Source: Candidatus Eiseniibacteriota bacterium (GTDB taxonomy: Bacteria; Eisenbacteria; RBG-16-71-46; JABDJR01). From it: a DNA stretch of 64,000 bases. The stretch spans positions 128,001 through 192,000 of the forward strand of contig CAVXKA010000003.1 of the NCBI GenBank assembly GCA_963762255.1, given 5' to 3'. The notes beneath the pieces were generated by a model. The model did not search any database. It was not told the origin of the DNA and was given only the letters and a program-made list of their open reading frames with translations. The stretch's first letter is position 1. Each line of letters begins with the position of its first letter. This document shows positions 1 to 8,415 of the stretch, piece by piece. Made by a program: the position numbers and the translations under genes.

Positions 1-217
1 CAGCGGCGTCCGCCGCCAAAGGATAGGTGCCATCGTTCTGAACCGCGAAGTCTTCCACGCCGAGTTGGATCGTGTGCATGTTGGCCTTCACGCTGCCCTC
101 ACGTGCACGGTCCTGCATGGAAATGAAGTTCGGGATGGCGATGGCCGCCAGGATGCCAATGATGACCACGACGATCATCAGCTCGATCAGGGTAAAACCC
201 TTGGTGTTCCGCAGCAT
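1..217 (-). CDS. pilA: Type IV major pilin (3' end runs off the window)
   Basis: Manual translation from ATG at 217: MLRNTKG|FTLIELMIVVVIIGILAAIAIPNF..., a class III prepilin signal with G|FTLIE. A GGAGG RBS lies upstream. Not in the ORF track because it is truncated. Confidence 0.93.
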   Translation of the reverse strand, partial: MLRNTKGFTLIELMIVVVIIGILAAIAIPNFISMQDRAREGSVKANMHTIQLGVEDFAVQNDGTYPLAADAA

Positions 218-324
218 TGGATCAAACCTCCGTTTGCAGAAAAGGAACCGGTCTGTCAGATACTCTTGTTTTCGGCTTCGAGACCTCAAACTTGAGTTCG
301 TCGCCGTCATCGGACACTCATATA

Positions 325-340
325 AGCAGGTGCCGTGCCA
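325..340 (-). promoter_or_regulatory. Sigma54 (-24/-12) promoter of pilA
   Basis: Minus strand TGGCACGGCACCTGCT vs consensus TGGCACGNNNNTTGCW, with correct GG-N10-GC spacing. It lies upstream of the pilin gene and next to a sigma54 activator gene. Confidence 0.85.
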
Positions 341-505
341 ACCGGCCGACTTGTTACAACAGCCGCATAATCCATTGACCATCAATACGATACAAGGCTG
401 TCCCTCGTGAACCTGCCGCCCGCTTCCCGCCCCCGTCCGCAACTTCGCAGTGCGCGATGCAGGATGCCCATGCCCATTGCACGGTCTTGCAGGCTGCACG
501 GAACC

Positions 506-540
506 AACAGAAAGCCCCGCCGAGCGGAGCCCGGCGGGGC
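506..540 (-). terminator. Rho-independent terminator after pilR
   Basis: 9-bp stem GCCCCGCCG/CGGCGGGGC followed on the minus strand by TTTCTGTT, about 25 nt after the pilR stop codon. Confidence 0.7.
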
Positions 541-564
541 GATACCTGTCGGTGAGCGCGGCCT

Positions 565-1981
565 TCAAGCCGCTGCGTCGAAGATCTCGTCCTCCGGCTC
601 GCTGTCTCCCTCCCGGCCCTCGGGCAGGAGCCCCTGCAGCTTGTACGCCTGGAGCTTGCGATAGAGCGTCGACGCATTGATCCCCAGGATCTCGGATGCC
701 CGTTTCTTCTGCCAGCTCGTGAAGTCGAGCACCTTGAGAATGTACTCGCGCTCCAACTCCTCGAGGGTCACGTCGGGGCGATCGATGACCAGGCTCCCCC
801 GCGCCGCCTCGCCGCGCACGAGCTTCTCGGGAAGGTCGACGAGGTCGATGTCGTCTCCGTCGGAGAGGATCACCGCGCGCTCGATCACGTTCTCAAGCTC
901 GCGCACGTTGCCGGGCCAGTGGTACCGAACGAGCGAGTCCACCGCCGCCTTGGTGAGGCGCTTCGGACCGTTAGGCCCCAGGAATCGCTTGAGGAAGTGG
1001 TCGGCCAGGACGGGGATGTCGTCGACGCGCTGCCGCAGCGAGGGGAGCCGGATCGGAATGACGTTCAACCGGTAGTAGAGATCGGTCCGGAACCGCCCCT
1101 CCCTCACCTCTCGTTCCAGATCCGAGTTCGTGGCCGCGACGAGGCGCACGTCGACCTTGATCGGCTTGGTGCCGCCCACCGGGATGATCTCCCGCTCCTG
1201 GAGCGCGCGTAGCAGCTTGACCTGCGTGGCGGGCTGCATCTCCCCCACCTCGTCGAGGAAGAAGGTTCCTCCCTCGGCCACCTGGAAGAGCCCCATCTGA
1301 TCCCGCACCGCCCCGGTGAACGAGCCCTTCACATGTCCGAAGAGATTCGACTCCAGGAGATCCTTGGGGAGCGCTCCGCAGTTGATCGACACGAACGAGC
1401 CGACGGACCGCCGGCTCCGGTAGTGGATCTCCCGGGCGATCAGTTCCTTCCCGGTGCCGGACTCCCCGAAGATCATGATCGTCGAATCGGTGTCCGCCAC
1501 CTTGTCCACCATCTTGAAAACCTGGGACATCTGCTCCGATTTCCCGATGATCTCCTTGGTGGAATGGGTCTTCTTGAGCTGCCGCTTCAGGATACGAGTT
1601 CTCGGTGCGCACCTTACGCAGCTCGACGGCGTTGCGCACGACGAGCTTGATCTCGTCGTTCTTGGCGTGCTTCTCCATATACTGGAACGCGCCGAGGTTC
1701 AGCGCCTCGATGGCCGATTTCTGCGATGCGTAGGCGGTAAGCACGATCACCGGCAGGGTCGCGTCGATCGCCTTCACCTGCTCGAGCAGGGCGATGCCGT
1801 CCATGCCGGGCATCTTGAGATCGGTGACCAGCACATCCGGCGCACATTCCCGGATCATGTCGAGGGCTTCGGGGCCCGAGGAAGCGGAGAGCACTTCGTA
1901 TCCCTCGCGGCGAAGCAGGGCGCCCAGGAACTGCACCATGCTCTGCTCGTCGTCCACCACCAGGATCTTCTCTTGCGCCAT
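565..1981 (-). CDS. pilR: Sigma54-dependent response regulator (PilR/NtrC family), frameshifted near 1590-1598
   Basis: Receiver domain (MAQEKILVVDDE...TDLKMPGMDG) in one frame; AAA+ domain (GESGTGKE, GSFTGA, FFLDEVGE) and Fis-type HTH in another. Removing one base near 1590-1598 joins them. Confidence 0.88.
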
Positions 1982-2015
1982 TCTGTTCAGGTCCTTTCGT
2001 CGGCGTAGCCGACCC

Positions 2016-3620
2016 TCACGCCGCGGCAGAAACCAGGGACGGCTCCGCGGCCGGTTGCTGCAACTGCAGGCGAAAACGAGCGCCGCCGGACTTCGTTTCG
2101 AGAAGTTGCAGCTGCCCTTCATGTTCTTCGACGATGCGCGTCACGATCGCAAGCCCAAGACCGGTCCCCCCGGGCTTCGTGGTGAAAAACGGCTGAGCCA
2201 CACGGGACCGGAGCTCCGGCGGGATGCCGGGTCCGTCGTCCTCGACTTCGAGCCAACACTGCCCGCGGCCGGAGATGCCGGTGCGCAGGGTCACGCGCCC
2301 CGCCGGACCGGCCGCATCGACCGCATTGAGAGCCAGATTGCGCACCGCCTGACGGATCTGATCCGCGTCGGCCCACGCCTCGACCTCCGGCCCCTCCACG
2401 ATCACCTCCGCACCGGTCCGGCCGGAAAGCCTGAGATCCCCGACGATGTCGCCGGCCATTTCCTTGAGATCCACTCTTCCCAGGTGGAGGCTCTGCGAGC
2501 GTGTGTAGGACAGAAGAGCGCTGACGAAGCGCTCGACGTTTTCCATCTCGCGCTCGATCACCTCGAACAGCTTGGCCTGGTCGGAGTCGAGGGTCAGTTC
2601 CTGGGCCAGGATCTGCACCGACCCGCTGAGCGGCAGCACGCTGTTGCGAATCTCGTGGGCGATGCCCGCAGCCAGTTCGCCGACCGCGGCCAGCCGATCG
2701 CGCCGCCGGGCCAGGCTCTCCTGATGGCGAACGGCGGTGAGGTCCTGGAAGAGCGCCACCACCCCTGAAGGTTCGTTCTCTGCATCGAAGAGAATCGTCG
2801 TGCCCAGCCCCAGCGGAACGGTTCGCCCCCCGCATACCACATCGATCTCCGCCCGTCGCACGGGCTCGCGGGTGGAGAGGCTGCGCAGGATCGTCTGCAC
2901 CAGGGGCAAGAGGTCTGGAGGAAGCGCTCTGGCCGCCTCGTGACCGCGCACGTCGTCCGCACGGATCGCCAGCGTCTCCTCGGCGACGCGGTTCACGTGC
3001 ACCACGCCGCCGTTTCGGTCCACGCTCAAGAGGCCGCTGCCCAGGTTCTGCACGATGGTGTCGGTGTCCAGTCGCATGCGCTCCAACGCGCGCGATGCGT
3101 AGGCGAGCGCCCGCTCCCGCGACAGGATCAGCGAGCGCATGCGCTCGCTCACCCCGCCGAGAACGAGCACCAGGAGTCCCTCGATCACCACCCAGCCCAC
3201 GTCGATCTGGGGGTGCGGCAGGCCCTGCAGCGTCCCCACCAACGCAAGACCCGCCGTGAGGCTGAGGGCCAAGGCGAGCCAACCGCCGAGACAGAGTCCC
3301 GCCCCGAAGGCGACCAGCGGGAAGAGAAGCGAGAGGCCTACCTCGGCGCGCCCCGCCCCGACCACCGCGGCGGAGATCCACGCGACGTCGGCGACAAAGA
3401 GAATCGTCACCAGCGCGCGGCGGCGCCGCACCCACCACGTCAGCACCGCGGCCACCGAGGCGAGCCCCGCCGCTGCCACCATCAGGGTGGGCCAGCGGTA
3501 GTCCGGGCCGCCCGCGGCAACCAGAGCGCCTAGAAGGAGGGCCGCCCCCGCGCGCCACAGAATCAGCCACCCATGGCCCAGGTCCTGGTGCGGAAGAGAC
3601 GGAGATCGCTTAGTCGCCAC
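2016..3620 (-). CDS. pilS: Membrane sensor histidine kinase (PilS-like)
   Basis: N-terminal TM helices, PAS-like region, H-box AHEIRN, N-box NLALNA, G-boxes DDGPG and GTGLGLA. It lies between pilC and pilR. The GTG start is inferred. Confidence 0.85.
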   Translation of the reverse strand: MATKRSPSLPHQDLGHGWLILWRAGAALLLGALVAAGGPDYRWPTLMVAAAGLASVAAVLTWWVRRRRALVTILFVADVAWISAAVVGAGRAEVGLSLLFPLVAFGAGLCLGGWLALALSLTAGLALVGTLQGLPHPQIDVGWVVIEGLLVLVLGGVSERMRSLILSRERALAYASRALERMRLDTDTIVQNLGSGLLSVDRNGGVVHVNRVAEETLAIRADDVRGHEAARALPPDLLPLVQTILRSLSTREPVRRAEIDVVCGGRTVPLGLGTTILFDAENEPSGVVALFQDLTAVRHQESLARRRDRLAAVGELAAGIAHEIRNSVLPLSGSVQILAQELTLDSDQAKLFEVIEREMENVERFVSALLSYTRSQSLHLGRVDLKEMAGDIVGDLRLSGRTGAEVIVEGPEVEAWADADQIRQAVRNLALNAVDAAGPAGRVTLRTGISGRGQCWLEVEDDGPGIPPELRSRVAQPFFTTKPGGTGLGLAIVTRIVEEHEGQLQLLETKSGGARFRLQLQQPAAEPSLVSAAA

Positions 3621-4830
3621 CGGCCACCACGGAGACGAGCTTGAACATCGGCATGTACATGGCAACCACCATACCGCCCACGACCAGACCCATCACGACG
3701 ATCATGATCGGTTCGATGATCGAGGTGAGGGTGTCGACCGCGGTGTTCACCTCGTCGTCGTAGAACGCCGCGATCTTGTTGAGCATCTCGTCCAGAGCGC
3801 CGGTCTCTTCTCCCACCGAGATCATCTGCACGACCATGGGGGGAAAGACCTTCGATTGCTTCAGCGGGGCGGCGATGGTCTCGCCTTCCCGGATGGAGCC
3901 CCGCGTTTCGAGGATGGCCTCTTCGATGATCTTGTTTCCCGAGGTCTGTGCGGTGATCTCCAGACCGTCGAGGATCGGCACGCCGGAAGAGATCAGGGTG
4001 CCGAGAGTGCGAGTGAATCGCGCGATGGACCCCTTGCGCAGCACGTCCCCCAGGACCGGAATGCGCAGCTTGAGGCGGTCGACGTTGCGCCGTCCGCCCT
4101 CCGTCGCCACGTAGCGCCGGTAGGCGAAGATGCACGCTGCGATCCCTGCGAGGAGGATATACCACGCGTTGCGCAGGAAATCCGAGAGGGTGAGCACGAC
4201 TTTCGTGGGCAAGGGCAAGTCCCCGCCGAAGTCGGTGAAGATCTTGGCGAACGTCGGAATGATGAAGAGGAGCATGAACACGGTGGCCACGATCGCCACC
4301 GTCGCCACCACCAGGGGATAGGTCATCGCGCTCTTGACCTTCCGCTTCAGGGCCTCCGCCTTCTCGATATAGGTGGCAAGCCTGAGCAGAATGTCGTCTA
4401 GCACGCCGCCCGCTTCGCCCGCTTCCACCATGTTCGTGAACAGCTTGTCGAAGACCTTCGGGTGCTTGCGCAGCGCCTCGGCGAGGGTGGCGCCGGCTTC
4501 CACCTCGTGCATCACGGCGACGATCACGCCTCGGAAGTTGGCGTTCTGAGCCTGCTGGCCGAGGATGTCCAGGCACTGCACCAGGGGCAGCCCGGCGTTG
4601 ATCATCGTGGCGAACTGGCGGGTGAAAATCGCCAGCTCCTTCGTCTTTACGCCGCTGGCGCCGGTGAAGCGGAGGCTGAGCGAGACCGACTTGGGCTTCT
4701 CGCGCACGAAGGTGGCGATGATTCGCTTCTTACGAAGCTGCGAGAGCACCTCGTCCTGGCTTCCCAGGGTGAGTTCGCCGGTCTGGACCTCTCCGGAGAG
4801 GGTCTTTCCTTTCCAGATGTACGTGGGCAC
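3610..4830 (-). CDS. pilC: Type IV pilus platform protein (T2SSF family)
   Basis: FTRQFATMINAGLPL, GEAGGVLD, KVKSAMTYP, GEETGALDEML and AMYMPMF motifs. Confidence 0.95.
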   Translation of the reverse strand: MPTYIWKGKTLSGEVQTGELTLGSQDEVLSQLRKKRIIATFVREKPKSVSLSLRFTGASGVKTKELAIFTRQFATMINAGLPLVQCLDILGQQAQNANFRGVIVAVMHEVEAGATLAEALRKHPKVFDKLFTNMVEAGEAGGVLDDILLRLATYIEKAEALKRKVKSAMTYPLVVATVAIVATVFMLLFIIPTFAKIFTDFGGDLPLPTKVVLTLSDFLRNAWYILLAGIAACIFAYRRYVATEGGRRNVDRLKLRIPVLGDVLRKGSIARFTRTLGTLISSGVPILDGLEITAQTSGNKIIEEAILETRGSIREGETIAAPLKQSKVFPPMVVQMISVGEETGALDEMLNKIAAFYDDEVNTAVDTLTSIIEPIMIVVMGLVVGGMVVAMYMPMFKLVSVVAGGD

Positions 4831-4850
4831 GATCTCCTCCTCTTGGCCGG

Positions 4851-6031
4851 TTAGGCCGCGGCCTTAAGCCCGCTCTTGGTGATCATCTGCGTGAGCTCCT
4901 GAGGGTCGAAGCTCCGGCCGATCGCCTCATCGAAGGTGATCGCCCGGTTGGCGTAGGCCGTGAACAGCGACTGGTTCATGGTCTGCATCCCCCACTTCTG
5001 CCCCGCCTGCATCAGGGTGTAGATCTGATGGGTCTTTCCCTCGCGGATGACCGCCTTGACCGCCGGCGTGCAAACCAGGATCTCCGGGATGAGCACGCGG
5101 CCGCCGCCGCGGGCCCTCGGCAGGAGCTGCTGCGCCACGATTCCCTCCAGCACGAAGGCGAGCTGGGTCAGCACTTGCTTCTGCTGCGTGGGGGGAAGAC
5201 GTCCACGATGCGGTTGACCGCCTCGAAGGTCGAGTTGGTGTGCAGGGTGGCGAACACGAGGTGCCCGGTCTCGGCGATGGTGAGGGCCGCCGCGATCGTC
5301 TCCAGATCCCGCATTTCGCCGAGCATGATCACGTCCGGATCCTGGCGCAGCACGTATTTCAGCGCGCTCGCGAAGCTCTCGGTGTCCGCGTTTACCTCGC
5401 GCTGGTTCACGATGCACTTCTTGTGCTGGTGCACGAACTCGATCGGATCCTCGATGGTCATGATGTGGGAACGCCGCTCATCGTTGATCAGGTTGATGAG
5501 CGCGGCCAGGGTGGTCGACTTGCCGCTGCCGGTCGGCCCGGTGATGAGCACCAGGCCCTTGGGCTTCTTGGCGAAGTCCACGATGGTCTTGGGAAGTTGA
5601 AGCTGTTCGACGGTCTGTACGCTGTAGGGAATCTGCCGAATCGCCATCGCCACCACGCCGCGCTGCAGAAAGAGGTTGGCGCGGAATCTGGACAGGCCGG
5701 GAATGCCGAACGACACGTCCAGCTCGCGGTGCATCTCGAACCGCTTGCGCTGGTCCTCGGTGAGCACGGAGTACGAGAGCTTCTCGCACAGTTCCGGTTT
5801 GAGCGGGGCGTACGCGCCGGGCAAGAGCTGTCCGTCCACCCGGAACATGGGCGGCATGCCCACGGTGAGGTGGAGGTCCGACGCCTTCTTGGCGATCGTC
5901 TCCTTGAGGAGATCGTGCATGTTGATGTGCGCCCGACCGCTCTGAGGACCCTCGGGGGAGCCGGGACCCGCCGGCCTCAAGCCCGGCTCTTCGGGTCGGG
6001 GGCTCGTGTTCGGATGTTCCGGGCTAGTCAT
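4851..6031 (-). CDS. pilT: Pilus retraction ATPase, frameshifted at a C6 run (5190-5195)
   Basis: Walker A GPTGSGKST, TIEDPIE, LRQDPDVIMLGEMRD and TGHLVFATLHT. The C-terminal part (QQKQVLTQL...GMQTMNQSL) is in another frame and joins if the run has 7 C. Confidence 0.9.
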
Positions 6032-7715
6032 CTTGGGTCGTCTCCTTGAGGATTTCTTCCGCCGTGGTGATTCCGCTCTTGAGTTTCATGAGCGCATGGG
6101 CACGCAAGGTCAGCATGCCCTCCTGGATGGCGAGGCTGCGGATCTCGGAAGTCGGGGCTCGATCGAGGATGAGGTTGCGGATCGTCGGCGTGATCGGCAT
6201 GACCTCGTAGGCGCCCTCGCGGCCCTTGTAGCCGGTGTTGTTGCAGTCCACGCACCCCGTCCCCTCGTAGACCACGAGATCCTGCGCCTCCTCTTCGCTC
6301 AACCCCAGCTCTCCCAGCACCTCGGGGTGAAGCACGGTGGCCTGCTTGCAGTTCTTGCAGATCCGCCGGATGAGCCGCTGGGCCATGATGAGGTTCACGG
6401 AGGACGCGACCAGGAACGGCTCCACCCCCATGTCCACGAGACGGTTCAGCGTGCTGGGTGCGTCGTTGGTGTGCAGGGTGGAGAGCACAAGGTGGCCGGT
6501 GAGGGCGGCCTTCACCGCGATGGACGCGGTCTCGATGTCGCGGATCTCGCCGACCATGACGATATTCGGGTCCTGCCGCAGGAAGGCGCGCAGGGCGGCC
6601 GCGAAGGTGAGTCCGATCTCCTCGTTGATCATGACCTGGTTGATCCCCTCGAGGTTGTACTCGACGGGATCCTCGGCGGTCATGATGTTCACGGTCGGAC
6701 GGTTGACCTTGCTCAGCGCCGAGTAGAGGGTGGTGGTCTTGCCGCTTCCGGTGGGACCGGTCACCAGCATCATGCCGTAGGGCATCTCGACGGCGCGGAT
6801 CAGCTTCTTGAGCGACGACTCGTCGAACCCGAGCTTGGTGAGATCGATGTTGAGGTTCGACTTGTCCAAAATTCGCATCACGATCTTTTCGCCGAAAACC
6901 GTGGGCAGAGACGAGACGCGCAGGTCGATGTTCTTGTTGAGCATGCGCAGGCGGATGCGACCGTCCTGCGGGATCCGCCGCTCGGCGATATCGAGCTCGG
7001 CCATGATCTTGAGCCGGGAAAGCATGGCCGCCTTGAGCCGGTTGGGCGGGCTCATCATTTCGTAGAGAACGCCGTCGATGCGGAAGCGCACCCGGAGCGA
7101 GTGCTCGAAGGGTTCGATGTGGATGTCGCTGGCGCCCTTGCGAATGGCGTCGGCGAGGAGCGAGTTCACCAGCTTCACCACCGGCGCTTCCTCGGCCGTG
7201 ATCTCGCTCAGGTTGACCGCTTCGTCCTCGATGTTCTCGATGACCTCCACGTCGTCGTCCAACTGCTTCATGACGCTGGCCAGGGACTCGTGGGAATCGT
7301 AGAAGCGGTCGATCGCCTTCTTGACCGCTTCGTCCGAGGCGACGCAGGTCTCGACCTCGCATCCGGTGATGAACTTGATGTCGTCGAGCGCGAAGATGTT
7401 GGAGGGATTCACCATGACGACGGTGAGCTTGCGGCCGCTGCGACGGTAGGGCACGACCTGGAAGCGGCTCGCCACATCGGCGGGGATGAGCCGAATGACC
7501 GCCGGATCCACCTCGGCGGAGGCGATGTCCACCACCGGCGCTCCGTAGAACTTGGCCAGGAAGTCGTTCAGTTCATCCATGGTCAAGGCTCCGGCCTTGA
7601 CCAGATTGGACGCGAGCGACGTGCCGTTCGACTTGGACAGGCGCTCGGCGTCCAGGATGTGCTGCTTGGTGATCTTCTTGGCTTCGATGAGTCGCTGGTT
7701 GAGCGTGTCCTGCAA
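6024..7715 (-). CDS. pilB: Pilus assembly ATPase
   Basis: ASDIHIEP, RIPQDGR, GPTGSGKTT, LRQDPNIVMVGEIRD and tetracysteine motifs (CKNC...CVDC). TTG start follows a GGAGG RBS. Confidence 0.93.
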   Translation of the reverse strand: MQDTLNQRLIEAKKITKQHILDAERLSKSNGTSLASNLVKAGALTMDELNDFLAKFYGAPVVDIASAEVDPAVIRLIPADVASRFQVVPYRRSGRKLTVVMVNPSNIFALDDIKFITGCEVETCVASDEAVKKAIDRFYDSHESLASVMKQLDDDVEVIENIEDEAVNLSEITAEEAPVVKLVNSLLADAIRKGASDIHIEPFEHSLRVRFRIDGVLYEMMSPPNRLKAAMLSRLKIMAELDIAERRIPQDGRIRLRMLNKNIDLRVSSLPTVFGEKIVMRILDKSNLNIDLTKLGFDESSLKKLIRAVEMPYGMMLVTGPTGSGKTTTLYSALSKVNRPTVNIMTAEDPVEYNLEGINQVMINEEIGLTFAAALRAFLRQDPNIVMVGEIRDIETASIAVKAALTGHLVLSTLHTNDAPSTLNRLVDMGVEPFLVASSVNLIMAQRLIRRICKNCKQATVLHPEVLGELGLSEEEAQDLVVYEGTGCVDCNNTGYKGREGAYEVMPITPTIRNLILDRAPTSEIRSLAIQEGMLTLRAHALMKLKSGITTAEEILKETTQDD

Positions 7716-7918
7716 GGATGCCTCCAGGAGGGCGAGGAATGCGCGCGCCGCCGGTCCTCGCGGGTGCGCGACGACCGGGGCAGATTGCTGCCGCCTGCCT
7801 TGCCTTTTGCATAGAAAGTATCGGGTCCCCCGGTCCGGACTTGACCACGGGCGCGGCCGCCCCCGTGCAAATCGGCACGAGATGGGCGTCTCCACCCATC
7901 GGCGGGGCCGAAGCCCGC

Positions 7919-8368
7919 TCAGGGGAGGCCGAGCAGGGGGCGGATCCGGGCCAGGGTGGCGGGGCCGATCCCCTTCACGCGCAGGAGGTCGGCGGCCTCT
8001 CGATAGGGTCCGTTGGCGGCGCGATCCTCGAGAATCCGCCGGGCGAGGGCGGGGCCGATGCCGGGGAGGGTCTTGAGCGCGTCCAAGTCCGCAGTGTTGA
8101 GGTCAATCGGGCCGGCGGCAGCCCTAGGCTTCTCGGGGAATCCCGCCTTCGGCTCCTCGGGGGATGTCTGCGGGAGCGGCGCGAAGGACGACTGCTCCGT
8201 CGCCTGCGCGGAATCCCCCAGTACCGGTGCCGGGCCTGCCTGAAGCCAGGCATCGATCTCCGGTGAGAGCTCCCGGCCAACCCGGGCCGCTACTCCGATG
8301 AGGCTGAGGGTAAAGAGGAGCGTCGCTAGCCGCCGCTCGGAAGCGGTGAAGAGGTCCGGAATGCGCAC
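7919..8368 (-). CDS. comEA: ComEA-family helix-hairpin-helix DNA-binding protein
   Basis: N-terminal TM segment, then IDLNTADLDALKTLPGIGPALARRI...LLRVKGIG. The GTG start is inferred. Confidence 0.88.
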   Translation of the reverse strand: MRIPDLFTASERRLATLLFTLSLIGVAARVGRELSPEIDAWLQAGPAPVLGDSAQATEQSSFAPLPQTSPEEPKAGFPEKPRAAAGPIDLNTADLDALKTLPGIGPALARRILEDRAANGPYREAADLLRVKGIGPATLARIRPLLGLP

Positions 8369-8415
8369 GGCGCATTTTCCTTCCGGACGGGGGGTGCGGG
8401 AGGCGGGATCAGAGT

